Source of the DNA: Verrucomicrobiota bacterium
Lineage (GTDB): Bacteria; Verrucomicrobiota; Verrucomicrobiia; Opitutales; Seribacteraceae
Assembly: GCA_027622665.1 (NCBI GenBank)
Contig: JAQBYT010000013.1
Coordinates: 1-64,000 of the forward strand
DNA: 64,000 nt
Reading direction: 5' to 3'
Shown: piece by piece, positions 1 through 9,375 of the stretch
Layout of the letters: each line of letters starts with the position of its first letter
How positions within the stretch are numbered: position 1 is the first letter of the stretch
The notes under the pieces: generated by a model
Databases searched by the model: none
Told to the model about the DNA's origin: nothing
What the model saw: only the letters and a program-made list of their open reading frames with translations
Translations under genes and position numbers: made by a program

Positions 1-12
1 CGTAATGCGGTT

Positions 13-318
13 TGCCGTGGCGTTGCGGTGGGATGCCTACGCGTCCGCTGGATTGCCGCGTCGGGACTCCGTCCCTCCTCGCAATGACAACGCAAGAAAC
101 ATGGCGGATGCCGGGGCGTGAAGTGGTGGTCGGGCGTGGTTCGCGTCCCAGTGTTTCGGATGCGTCCCCCCAACGCTGTCATTGCGAGGAAGGTCTCGAA
201 GAGAACTGACGTGGCAATCCAGTCCGGGCCGTTATGTGGGATGCCGTGGCTTTGCGGTGGGTTGCCTACGCGTCCGCTGGATTGCCGCGTCGGGACTCCG
301 TCACTCCTCGCATCGACA
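13..318. repeat. REP/BIME-like palindromic repeat cluster (GTCATTGCGAG...GCAATC / GATTGC...CTCGCAATGAC type), probably continuing beyond the left edge
   Basis: 13-89 and 242-318 are near-identical direct repeats 229 nt apart. The ends of 177-222 (tgtcattgcgagga...gacgtggcaatccag) are the reverse complement of the ends of 48-89 and 278-318. Confidence 0.85.
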
Positions 319-504
319 GGGGGGAAGCCGGGGAACTCGAAAGTTTTCGTACTTACAAGACCGAGACCATCGCCAAACTGGGTTGGACTTTTCAGTTCTA
401 GTGTCTCCAGTCATGTGAGGTTTTGAGTACTTCCCGTTATCGGAACTAGACGAGGCATCTGTATTCGGGTAGGTTTTTTTCAACTCGTTTATCCCATCCC
501 TCAT

Positions 505-3500
505 ATGAAGTATAAAACATCTCTTTGCTTTGCGGTCGGGTTGTTCGTCTGGTCCCCAAGTCCGTTAATCTTTGCTGAAAACCCCGATTTCGGCAAACAC
601 GCCATGTTCGGAAAGACGGCAAAGAGGGCAGAGTCTTCTGAACCGGTTGAGACAAAACTCCCCCTGAAGCTGGACAAGGGAACGCGTATCGGTCTGGTTG
701 GTAATACGTTGTTCGACCGCATGCACGGTTTCGGGCATCTCGAGGCCCTCATTCAGCAAGCCCATCCCGGCAAGCAACTGGTGGTCCGGAACCTTTCCTG
801 GGCGGCCGACGAGGTGGACCTGCAGCCCCGCCCCGCCAATTTCGCCGATGCCGAGCAGCATTTGACTGCGATGCATGCGGATGTTGTTCTGGCCGCTTTC
901 GGGTATAACGAATCCTTTGCGGGCAAGGCAGGGTTGTCCGCCTTTCGCGAGCGTCTTGCGAAGTATTTGGAGAGCGTTAAGGCCAAGGCCTACAACGGCA
1001 AATCCGCGGCTCGCGTGGTGTTGGTTTCGCCGATCGCCAACGAGAACGTGAAGGGGGTTTCTGCGGCTGATCGCAACAACGACAACATTAAAGCTTACCT
1101 TAAGGTGATGCGGGAAGTGGCGGCTGAACAGAAGGTTGGTTTCGTGGATGTCTTCACGGCCACGGGGAAGGCCATGGCGTCGCTTGGCAACGATCTGACC
1201 ATGAACGGGTGTCACTTAAACGAACAAGGCTACCAGTTATTCGCTTCCACCGTGTTCAAGCAACTTTTCGGCAAGGATGCTCCCAAGCTGGACGAAACAG
1301 TGCGAGCCGCGGTGGTGGGAAAAAACAAGCAGCACTTCTTTCGCTACCGTCCGCTCAACACTTTTTATTACACAGGCGGGCGGAACCGAAGTTACGGATA
1401 TTTGGACTTTCTCCCCGCTATGCGAAATTTCGATCTCATGACGGCGAATCGTGACGATCGCATTCATGCACTTGCCCAAGGCCAGAAGGTGCCCGCCAAG
1501 ATCGACGATTCCAATGTTCCGGAGATGCCCAAGAGTAAAGTGGGTCGCGGAGCCAACCAGTGGATGTCGCCTAAGAAGGAACGCGAGGCTTTCAATGTGG
1601 ATCCTAGGTTCGAGGTGACTCTTTTTGCCAGCGAAGAGCAATTTCCAGATATTGCATGCCCCATCCAGATGAGATGGGATTCGCATGGGCGCATGTGGGT
1701 GAGTTGTTCAACGACATACCCGCACGTTTACCCTGGGCAGACCCCGAACGACAAGATCGTCATTCTCGAGGATCTCGACGGAGACGGGAAGGCTGACAAG
1801 TCATCTGTTTGGGCTGAGGATCTCAACGTGCCGCTCTCCTTTGAGTTTGGTGATGGCGGAGTCTATGTCTCGGAGGAACCGCATATGACCTTTCTCAAGG
1901 ATACCGATGGCGACGGCAAGGCGGACCATCGCGAAACCGTCCTGACCGGGTTCGGTTCCGAGGATTCCCATCACGCCCTGCATGACTTCGCATGGACGCC
2001 CGATGGTGATCTCATCTTTCGCGAATCGATTTTTCACCATACGCAGGTTGAAACCCCTTATGGACCCGTCCGTCAACAAAACAGCGGGTGGTTTGCCTGG
2101 GAGCCGAAACTGCATCGCCTGACCGCCTTCGGCACGCACGCCAGCACCAACCCATGGGGCGTGACCTTCGACGACTGGGGGCAGCACGTGGCGAGTTACC
2201 CAATTTTCGCTTCCGCCCACCATGCCTTGGATCCCCCTTATCCCGAGCAGCACCCGCGTCCTTCCGGTCTCCAAGCCTACTCAGGAGTTTGTGGTCAAGA
2301 ATTCGTGGACTTCCCCAATTGGCCCAAAGAGCTGCAGGGCGGCATGGTGAAGGTACGCTACAAATCGACCAATCGAGTAGAGTTTCTCGAATGGAACGAG
2401 GGGGAGTTCGGTTATGATGAGGCGTACAAGAGCGATATTATTTTCTCGAGCAACCTGAGCTTCATTCCCGTCGACCTGCGCTACGGGCCGCGCGGAGCCA
2501 TGTACGTTTGCGACTGGTACAACCCGGTCAAGGGGCACGCTCAATATTCCTTGCGGGACGAGCGGCGTGATCGGCTTTCCGGGCGCATCTGGCGTATTTT
2601 CCCGAAGGGAGCCAAGCCACAGGATCCTCCGAAGATCGCCGGCGCCTCCATCCCGGATCTGCTGGATATCCTGAAGCGCCGGGAGTATCGTTATCGCTAC
2701 TGGGCCAAGCGCGAACTGCGGGAAAAGAAGCCGGCCGAAGTCAAGGCCGCTCTCGACAAGTGGGTCGCCAAGCTCGATCCCAAGGACGAGCGATTCCGCC
2801 ACCACCAAGTCGAGGCCATCTGGGCCTACCGTAACGTCGAGCAAGCCAACTTGCCGCTGTTGCGCGAGGTGCTTGCCTGCGACAACCATAATGCCCGGGC
2901 TGCGGCTGCCCGCCAGTTACGTCATTGGCATGGCTTGGCCAAGGACGGAGACAAGTTACTCGCTAGGGCGGGAGCCGATCAGAACGGCCTCGTTCGCATG
3001 GAGGCTGCCATCGCCTGCAGTTACGTTGGAACGAAGGAAGCCTTCGAGGTATTGGCGGAGGTCGTCACTCTCCCCAGTGAAAGGCATTTGTCCTATGCCA
3101 TCAAGACATCTCTTGGTTCCGCCCCGATGAGGAAATTCTGGGACAAGGACACCGTGGAAAAAACGAACCCCCAAGTGTATGGCTTCCTTTTTAAACAAAA
3201 AGCTTCGAATCAAAGGGCAGAGAAAACCCAGCGAGACAAGAAGTTCGATCGCCAGAAAAACCTGCTCAAGGTAAAGGTTTCCTGCATTAAGGAGAGGATG
3301 CTCTTCGCCTCCGAGTATATGTTGAAACCCAATTTGGGTGACTACAAGGAGGCTTTCGGCGAAATTCCGGCAAAGCCGAATCAACCGATTCGAATCGAAT
3401 TCGACAACCCGGACGCCACGCCCCATAACTTTGTCCTCGTTCAACCCGATTCCCTAGAGGCAGTGGGCCTCGCCGCCAACGAGATGGCCAAGGATCCCGA

Positions 3501-3684
3501 GGCTGCCAAAAGCGGTCAATTTATCCCGAAATCGAAGAAGATCATCGTTTATACCAAAATGCTGAAGCAAGGTGAAAGGGAAACTCTTCGCTTCAAAGCC
3601 CCGCGCAAACCAGGCAGGTATCCCTACCTTTGTAGTTTTCCGGGGCACTGGGCCATCATGAAGGGCGTACTCGTCGTCAAATAG
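505..3684 (+). CDS. PVC-type multidomain protein: SGNH/GDSL domain, DUF7133/PVC beta-propeller, HEAT repeats, C-terminal azurin/auracyanin-like copper domain
   Basis: Signal-like N-terminus; SGNH blocks (LVGNT, FGYNES, NGCHLN); EDLDGDGKAD-type propeller repeats; HEAT-like helices; type-1 Cu ligands PHNFV...YLCSFPGHWAIMKG. Confidence 0.85.
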   Translation: MKYKTSLCFAVGLFVWSPSPLIFAENPDFGKHAMFGKTAKRAESSEPVETKLPLKLDKGTRIGLVGNTLFDRMHGFGHLEALIQQAHPGKQLVVRNLSWAADEVDLQPRPANFADAEQHLTAMHADVVLAAFGYNESFAGKAGLSAFRERLAKYLESVKAKAYNGKSAARVVLVSPIANENVKGVSAADRNNDNIKAYLKVMREVAAEQKVGFVDVFTATGKAMASLGNDLTMNGCHLNEQGYQLFASTVFKQLFGKDAPKLDETVRAAVVGKNKQHFFRYRPLNTFYYTGGRNRSYGYLDFLPAMRNFDLMTANRDDRIHALAQGQKVPAKIDDSNVPEMPKSKVGRGANQWMSPKKEREAFNVDPRFEVTLFASEEQFPDIACPIQMRWDSHGRMWVSCSTTYPHVYPGQTPNDKIVILEDLDGDGKADKSSVWAEDLNVPLSFEFGDGGVYVSEEPHMTFLKDTDGDGKADHRETVLTGFGSEDSHHALHDFAWTPDGDLIFRESIFHHTQVETPYGPVRQQNSGWFAWEPKLHRLTAFGTHASTNPWGVTFDDWGQHVASYPIFASAHHALDPPYPEQHPRPSGLQAYSGVCGQEFVDFPNWPKELQGGMVKVRYKSTNRVEFLEWNEGEFGYDEAYKSDIIFSSNLSFIPVDLRYGPRGAMYVCDWYNPVKGHAQYSLRDERRDRLSGRIWRIFPKGAKPQDPPKIAGASIPDLLDILKRREYRYRYWAKRELREKKPAEVKAALDKWVAKLDPKDERFRHHQVEAIWAYRNVEQANLPLLREVLACDNHNARAAAARQLRHWHGLAKDGDKLLARAGADQNGLVRMEAAIACSYVGTKEAFEVLAEVVTLPSERHLSYAIKTSLGSAPMRKFWDKDTVEKTNPQVYGFLFKQKASNQRAEKTQRDKKFDRQKNLLKVKVSCIKERMLFASEYMLKPNLGDYKEAFGEIPAKPNQPIRIEFDNPDATPHNFVLVQPDSLEAVGLAANEMAKDPEAAKSGQFIPKSKKIIVYTKMLKQGERETLRFKAPRKPGRYPYLCSFPGHWAIMKGVLVVK

Positions 3685-3694
3685 GGAGGGTCTC

Positions 3695-5254
3695 ATGAGA
3701 AATATTCTATTGTTCTCTCTTTTCGTTTCCGTGGTCTATGCCGCCGAGCGGCCAAACGTCATCGTGATCTACACCGACGACCAAGGCTTTGGGGATGCTT
3801 CCTGCCTCAACCCCGAGTCCAAGTTCAAGACGCCCAATCTGGATCGTTTGGCCCGCGAGGGCATCACTTTTACCGATGGCCATTGCTCCGGCACCGTCTG
3901 CACGCCCTCGCGATATGGATTACTCACGGGCCGGTATTCCTGGCGCACCACTTTGAAGAGAGGGGTGTTCGGGGCCGAGAAGGAATGCTTGATCAAGGAT
4001 GGTCGCGTCACGCTCGCCTCCCTTCTCCGTGACAATGGGTACCATACGGCGATGGTGGGCAAGTGGCATCTCGGAATGGATTTTCCCGGCACTAAAGGGA
4101 AGCGTGACTGGACGCAACCGGTCAAGGATATGCCCTTGGACAAAGGGTTCGATTATTTCTGGGGCATACCCGCTTCCATGAACTACGGCGTACTTGCCTG
4201 GTTCGAGGGGCGATACGCCAAGGTGCCTCCAACTCTCTACACCTCGAAAAAACCGAGCAAGGTCGCGATTCAGGATTACCGCATTAAGCCTCCTTACCAA
4301 AAGACTGCTAAGGACGCGCCCGATCCCAAGGAGTCAGGCGGAAGGAAAATGAATCTTAAGACGAAGGGGCTCGAGGTGGCTCCCGACTTCGTCGACGTGG
4401 AATGCCTTGATCGGTTTACCACGAAATCGATCGAATGGATGAAGGGCAAAGCGGAAGCAGCTCGCAAGGGGAAGCCTTTCTTTCTCTATTTGCCCTACAC
4501 CTCTCCGCACAAGCCGGTCATTCCGATTGAAAAGTTCCTCGGCAAATCGAAGGCCGGCGCCTATGGCGACTTCATGATGGAAACCGATTGGCACGTCGGG
4601 CGTATCCTGAAATTTCTCGACGAACAAAAGCTAGCCGACGACACGTTGGTCGTTTTCGCCAGCGACAACGGTCCCGAGAGCACTTGGGCCAAGCGAGCCG
4701 AGCTTCACCAGCACCAGTCGAACGGTATTTATCGCGAGGGCAAGCGCTCCATCTACGAGGGCGGTCATCGCGTGCCTTTTTTCATTCGCTGGCCGGCCAA
4801 GGTGAAGCCGGGATCCACTTGGGACGAACCCGTCTGCCAAACCGATTTACTGGCCACTTTCGCTGAAATGGTGGGAGCCAAGCTTCCGCCGGATGCGGGA
4901 GAGGACAGTGATAGTTTCTACCCGGTATTGATTGGCCAAAAGCCCAAGGCTGACCGAGTGCCAATTATTCACCATGCTTCCAACGGAAGGTTCGCCATCC
5001 GCGATGGCAAATGGAAACTCGTCATGCCGCATGCTAGAAATCAAGCGGAACTATATGACCTCCGCGATGACCCATCCGAGAAGAAGGACCTTGCGAAAGC
5101 CCAACCTCAGCTCGTCAAACGACTGACTCAACACATCTCGACCATCGTGCGGAACGGTCGATCCACTCCAGGTCCCAACCAGTCCAACGATACTCCCGCT
5201 TGGCCGGATCTCGCTTGGATGCAGCTCGCGTCGAAGCCCGAAAAGAAAAAATAA
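3695..5254 (+). CDS. Sulfatase (formylglycine-dependent S1 family), exported
   Basis: PNVIVIYTDD, CTPSRYGLLTG, GKWHLG, SDNG, GKRSIYEGGHRVP; signal peptide. Confidence 0.95.
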   Translation: MRNILLFSLFVSVVYAAERPNVIVIYTDDQGFGDASCLNPESKFKTPNLDRLAREGITFTDGHCSGTVCTPSRYGLLTGRYSWRTTLKRGVFGAEKECLIKDGRVTLASLLRDNGYHTAMVGKWHLGMDFPGTKGKRDWTQPVKDMPLDKGFDYFWGIPASMNYGVLAWFEGRYAKVPPTLYTSKKPSKVAIQDYRIKPPYQKTAKDAPDPKESGGRKMNLKTKGLEVAPDFVDVECLDRFTTKSIEWMKGKAEAARKGKPFFLYLPYTSPHKPVIPIEKFLGKSKAGAYGDFMMETDWHVGRILKFLDEQKLADDTLVVFASDNGPESTWAKRAELHQHQSNGIYREGKRSIYEGGHRVPFFIRWPAKVKPGSTWDEPVCQTDLLATFAEMVGAKLPPDAGEDSDSFYPVLIGQKPKADRVPIIHHASNGRFAIRDGKWKLVMPHARNQAELYDLRDDPSEKKDLAKAQPQLVKRLTQHISTIVRNGRSTPGPNQSNDTPAWPDLAWMQLASKPEKKK

Positions 5255-5257
5255 ATC

Positions 5258-6829
5258 ATGAGGACCATCCGCTCACTCTTTTCCTTATGTTGCCTTTTTT
5301 CAGTGGTTTTGCTTTCCGCCAAGCGACCCAACGTCGTTCTTATCATGGCCGACGATCTCGGCTTTTCTGACTTGGGTTGCTACGGTTCTGAAATCGAGAC
5401 CCCAAATCTCGACGGACTGGCTGCGAAGGGATTGCGATTCAGCCAGTTCTACAACACGGCCAAGTGCCATTCCTCCAGAGTGTCCCTGTTGACGGGTCTT
5501 TATTGTGACCAAGCCGGAAGCGGCAGCCTTAGTCGCGGCGCTACCATCGCGGAGGTCATAAGCAAGGCTGGGTATTCCACCCAGATGGTGGGCAAGTGGC
5601 ACTTGAGCAAGCAACCCACCGACTTCGGGTTCGATCGCTACTGGGGGCACCTTTCCGGCGCAACCAACTTCTTTACCGGTGACAATTCTTTTCGTCTCAA
5701 TGGCGTCGAGTGGAAAGTGCCTGCCACGCTCAATGGAAAACCTTTCTATACGACCAATGCCATTATGGATTACGGATTGGACTTTCTCAACGAAGCCACT
5801 CGCAAGGAAGATCCTTTCCTGCTCTATGTCGCCTTTAACGCTCCCCACTATCCGCTCCAAGCTCCGGAGAAGGACGTCAAGAAGTACGATGGTCGTTATG
5901 ATTCGGGTTGGGACAAGATGCGTGTTGAGCGATACAAGCGTCAACTGAAGTCCGGATTGATACCGACGAAATATAAGCTGAGTCCGCGTCCGGAACACAT
6001 GCCATCTTGGAATAGCCTCTCGGCAACTGAAAAGCAGTGGGAGTCGGATCGCATGGAAGTCTTTGCCGCCATGGTGGACGTGCTCGACCGAAACGTGGGC
6101 CGTCTTGTTTCCTACTTGAAGGAGACAGACCTCCTTGAGGATACCCTCATCCTTTTTTGCTCCGACAACGGGGCTTGCCCGTTCGAGCGTACTCGTGGTC
6201 GCGAATACAAGCCGTGGGACCCAAAGTCTTATTGGACCTACGACGCTTCTTGGGCTCACGTCGGGAACACTCCCTTCCGCCTCTACAAGCAGAATCAGCA
6301 CGAGGGAGGCATTTCCTCTCCGTTGATCGTGCATTGGCCGGAAGGTCTCAAGACCAAGCCGGGATCAATCACCCGACAACCGGGTCACTTGATCGACTTT
6401 ATGGCGACATTCGTCGATTTGGGAAAAGCCAAGTATCCCAAGCAGGTTGGCGAGCGAAAGATCGATCCTTTGCAGGGGAAGTCCTTGGCTCCCATTTTCG
6501 CGGGCAAGACGCGTGAACCCCACGAGACCCTCTATTTCCATTTCGGGACGGACCGCGCTTTGCGTCAAGGGGACTGGAAACTGTCTTCTGCCAAACTAGG
6601 TCGCTGGGAATTGTTCAATGTCGATGACGATCGCACAGAGACCAACGATCTTTCCTCCGAGCACCCCGAGCGTGTGACCGCTATGTCAAAGGAATGGTTT
6701 CGCGTCGCGGAACAGGTCGATCGCTTAAAGGGCAAGCAATTAGCCCCTACAGGCGACGCCTTGAAAAAACTGAACTTTCGAAAAAGCTCCTCTTCTTCTA
6801 AGCCAAAGAAGAAAAAACCTCGGAAGTAG
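5258..6829 (+). CDS. Arylsulfatase (S1 family) with variant CHSSR motif
   Basis: PNVVLIMADDLG, CHSSRVSLLTG, GKWHL, APHYPL, SDNG, HEGGISSP; starts 3 nt after the previous sulfatase. Confidence 0.92.
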   Translation: MRTIRSLFSLCCLFSVVLLSAKRPNVVLIMADDLGFSDLGCYGSEIETPNLDGLAAKGLRFSQFYNTAKCHSSRVSLLTGLYCDQAGSGSLSRGATIAEVISKAGYSTQMVGKWHLSKQPTDFGFDRYWGHLSGATNFFTGDNSFRLNGVEWKVPATLNGKPFYTTNAIMDYGLDFLNEATRKEDPFLLYVAFNAPHYPLQAPEKDVKKYDGRYDSGWDKMRVERYKRQLKSGLIPTKYKLSPRPEHMPSWNSLSATEKQWESDRMEVFAAMVDVLDRNVGRLVSYLKETDLLEDTLILFCSDNGACPFERTRGREYKPWDPKSYWTYDASWAHVGNTPFRLYKQNQHEGGISSPLIVHWPEGLKTKPGSITRQPGHLIDFMATFVDLGKAKYPKQVGERKIDPLQGKSLAPIFAGKTREPHETLYFHFGTDRALRQGDWKLSSAKLGRWELFNVDDDRTETNDLSSEHPERVTAMSKEWFRVAEQVDRLKGKQLAPTGDALKKLNFRKSSSSSKPKKKKPRK

Positions 6830-6871
6830 GTAGGGGATCGTCTGAACTTTTTTTAGCGGTTGGTTCTGTTG

Positions 6872-6890
6872 TCAGCTACATTGTAGCTGA
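6872..6890. terminator. Perfect inverted repeat between convergent genes (possible terminator hairpin or binding site)
   Basis: tcagctaca-t-tgtagctga, 9-bp arms; no clear U-tract. Confidence 0.4.
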
Positions 6891-6899
6891 TTAGTGGAA

Positions 6900-7403
6900 T
6901 TATGCCGTAACTTTTCTGAAAGCTTCAACGTCTTCTTTTCTTGTTATGGTTGCGGGGTGTTGAATCACTTGGATTTCCGTGAAGCGAACATTTGATAGAG
7001 GCGGAACGAGATTCTTTGCCAGTTGTTGTTTTTCACTTATCGGCAGCTCTGCGTAAAAGAGGCTTAGATGGGGATCCGTCTCGTGCGTATCAGGCTTGGG
7101 GCATTGTTCGAGTAGGCTTTCCTTAAGAGCCGAAAGTCTTTCATTGCGTGGAAACCGAAGGAAAAGAGTTTTGGTGTATTGGGCGGTGGAGTCGACTCCG
7201 ATGACAGGAAGTGAAATCGGCTCGATGACCGGCAGGTTGCCCCAAGGGCTTTCTTCATCGCTGAATTGTCCGTAACATAAGGTAAGGTGCGGTTTGAAGA
7301 CAGGGGCGTCATATCGCTTGGCAAAATCATCGATTACGGATTGAAGGTTTACGGAGTCTTCGTGGCAGGGGAGGAGCCAAAAGGAAAGATTTCTGTGGGT
7401 CAT
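6900..7403 (-). CDS. 2H phosphoesterase / cyclic phosphodiesterase (CPDase-like)
   Basis: Two HxT/S motifs (FKPHLTL, DPHLSLFY); N-terminal SFWLLP typical of the CPDase family; 167 aa. Confidence 0.85.
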   Translation of the reverse strand: MTHRNLSFWLLPCHEDSVNLQSVIDDFAKRYDAPVFKPHLTLCYGQFSDEESPWGNLPVIEPISLPVIGVDSTAQYTKTLFLRFPRNERLSALKESLLEQCPKPDTHETDPHLSLFYAELPISEKQQLAKNLVPPLSNVRFTEIQVIQHPATITRKEDVEAFRKVTA

Positions 7404-7407
7404 GGTT

Positions 7408-8238
7408 TTAAGGCATTAATTCGTTGATTTGTCTAAGGGCTTCAAGACCGCCAAGGGGAATCGAAATAGTGTTGGCGGTACCTTGTGGATCCCTTGGATT
7501 AATTCGGATTAGGGTACCCTTCGTTTCGTCGGCCAATTGTTCGCATATGTTTCTAACCGACGGGATCGTTACCCCAGCCCCGATCTCCACGGTAACCGTT
7601 CGACAGTTTCGGGTGTTCTGGACCCAATCCATGAAATGGCCGCGTTGTTCCTCCGTGCGAAATGAATCCCAACCCCAGTCGCCGAACATCAGGATATTGG
7701 GTCTGGCTATGCTCCCGCAAGAAGGGCAAGCGGGGAAGGGCGTAGAGGCTCGAAGCGTTCCCTCGTCAACGGATAGATCGAGATTATCCTGTCTCCAGAC
7801 TTCTTGCCCGCAGCGATCCAGACATTGGAAGTAATTAAGAGATCCATGACATTCCAAGATGCGGTTTTGACCGAAGCCCATACGTTGGAAATGACCGTCG
7901 ACATTGGAGGTATATACAAAAGCTCCCTGCTTCATGCTTTCAGCCCATCGACGGATCATTGCAAATCCAGGATGGGGAATCGTATTGCGATAGAGTTGGT
8001 GGCGATGCCCGTAAAACCCCCAAGCGAGGGAAGGGTCGTCCTCGAACCACCGTGGATTAGCCATCTCCTCGAAGGAAATTCCAAGTTTCTCCATTGGCGG
8101 GTATGCTTTCCAGAAACCTTCATCCCCTCGGAAATCGGGCAAACCCGAGTCCACGCCGAAACCTGCACCTGCTCCAATCAGCATGGCATCAGCCTTCCTT
8201 ATTGCTTCAGTTGCTTGATTCAGAGCACCTTCCGACAT
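7408..8238 (-). CDS. Sir2-family NAD-dependent deacylase (Zn-binding sirtuin)
   Basis: GAGAGFGVDSGLPDFRG, TSNVDGHF, ECHGS, Zn cysteines CLDRC/CPSC, ARPNILMFGD, EIGAG, IRINP; AGGAGG upstream. Confidence 0.93.
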   Translation of the reverse strand: MSEGALNQATEAIRKADAMLIGAGAGFGVDSGLPDFRGDEGFWKAYPPMEKLGISFEEMANPRWFEDDPSLAWGFYGHRHQLYRNTIPHPGFAMIRRWAESMKQGAFVYTSNVDGHFQRMGFGQNRILECHGSLNYFQCLDRCGQEVWRQDNLDLSVDEGTLRASTPFPACPSCGSIARPNILMFGDWGWDSFRTEEQRGHFMDWVQNTRNCRTVTVEIGAGVTIPSVRNICEQLADETKGTLIRINPRDPQGTANTISIPLGGLEALRQINELMP

Positions 8239-8335
8239 TTTCAGGTTCGACCTCCTTTAACTTTTCAATCTTTTAGTTTGAATCTCACGCACCGAAGGTA
8301 TTGGGTGTAATCGGCTAGTATAAAAACCACCTATC

Positions 8336-9337
8336 TTGAAACACGCATTGGTAATTATTTTCCTTGTGCTTGGCATTTATTTCCTGAGCGGTTGCTTCAC
8401 GGTTTCTAAAAGTCCGAAGAATACTACATCTTCCCCTCGTGGCGAAACCTTTCCTTTGTTGCCGCCCGAGAATGTCGAATTATCTCCCGTCATAGCCAAC
8501 TTGGATCGATCGGGTGGTTTGACCTTTTCTACTGATGGGATTCTTTACTTTGCCAACCACCTTCAGTCCGGAACCATCGGCATGTATCAAGTCGACCAAT
8601 CTCAATCCCCCGAGACCTTCATCGATCTTACGCAATGGATGACTTCCTACGGGGATCGTACGCCAAGGGCTCATGGCATGCGAATCGATGGCCAAGGTCG
8701 CTTGGTGGTTGCTGAGGCTGGAACGGGCAAGGTCATCCGGATATCTCCTCAAGCAGAAACGGATTTGCTGCAACACACCGACCCGTCCGAAGCGAGTGTT
8801 GTCCGACGTGCAGGAAAACTGGAAGTGCTTGCAGATTCTTTCGATGGCTTTTCGCTCGGAAGCGTGTGTGACGTTGTTATCGGACCTGATGGAGATATTT
8901 ATGCCAGTTCACCTAGTTCCGGTGCTGTGTTCATTATTCGCCCGGAGGATGGCTACGTGGGTATGTTGAATCAAGAATTGGCCCGAGTTCGAGGGCTGGC
9001 CATTAGTCCTGACGGTCGTCGTCTCGTGGCTGCGGAACCGGACTCCGGACGGGTGCTGGTCTTTGATCTACGGAAGGACGATATGCCTGCCGAAATGTGG
9101 ACTTTAGTGGACTTCTCGCTCTCTGGTGAAGAGCCTCGGGGATTGGCTTTCGACGAATCGGGTCTCCTCTACGTCGGTCTCGGCGACACGAAAAAAATAA
9201 AGGTTTTCGACTTGGTTCGAGGTGCGCTCTTGCTCACTTACGATGCCGGTGGTCCCGCCGACTGCCTTTCTTACCGTGACGGTGTGCTATATATTTCGGG
9301 CGGGGATGGGATTCGCAGTCTTCGTCTTAACAAATAG
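8336..9337 (+). CDS. SMP-30/gluconolactonase-like beta-propeller lipoprotein
   Basis: Lipobox LSGC; repeats GMRIDGQGRLVVAE, GLAISPDGRRL, PRGLAFDESGLLYV; TTG start. Confidence 0.8.
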   Translation: MKHALVIIFLVLGIYFLSGCFTVSKSPKNTTSSPRGETFPLLPPENVELSPVIANLDRSGGLTFSTDGILYFANHLQSGTIGMYQVDQSQSPETFIDLTQWMTSYGDRTPRAHGMRIDGQGRLVVAEAGTGKVIRISPQAETDLLQHTDPSEASVVRRAGKLEVLADSFDGFSLGSVCDVVIGPDGDIYASSPSSGAVFIIRPEDGYVGMLNQELARVRGLAISPDGRRLVAAEPDSGRVLVFDLRKDDMPAEMWTLVDFSLSGEEPRGLAFDESGLLYVGLGDTKKIKVFDLVRGALLLTYDAGGPADCLSYRDGVLYISGGDGIRSLRLNK

Positions 9338-9375
9338 CCTTAGTCGAAGGCTGGAGACTTGTTTTTCAACGCTTG

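Noticed and set aside
13..318. CRISPR array, or coding ORFs 12..209, 118..426 and 182..418
   Set aside because: Unit length (~77 nt), 229-nt period and alternating orientation do not fit CRISPR, and no cas genes are present; the ORFs are translations of the repeat
5300..6334. Long antisense ORFs (5300..6334, and likewise 62553..63467, 565..1215, 27769..28398)
   Set aside because: They shadow well-supported genes on the other strand and have no recognisable motifs, as expected from codon bias
7408..8238. Sir2 gene as an anti-phage NADase (ThsA/DSR/Sir2-HerA type) near Wadjet
   Set aside because: It has the Zn-binding domain and catalytic His of deacylase-type sirtuins, is only 276 aa, and has no TIR, HerA or pAgo partner
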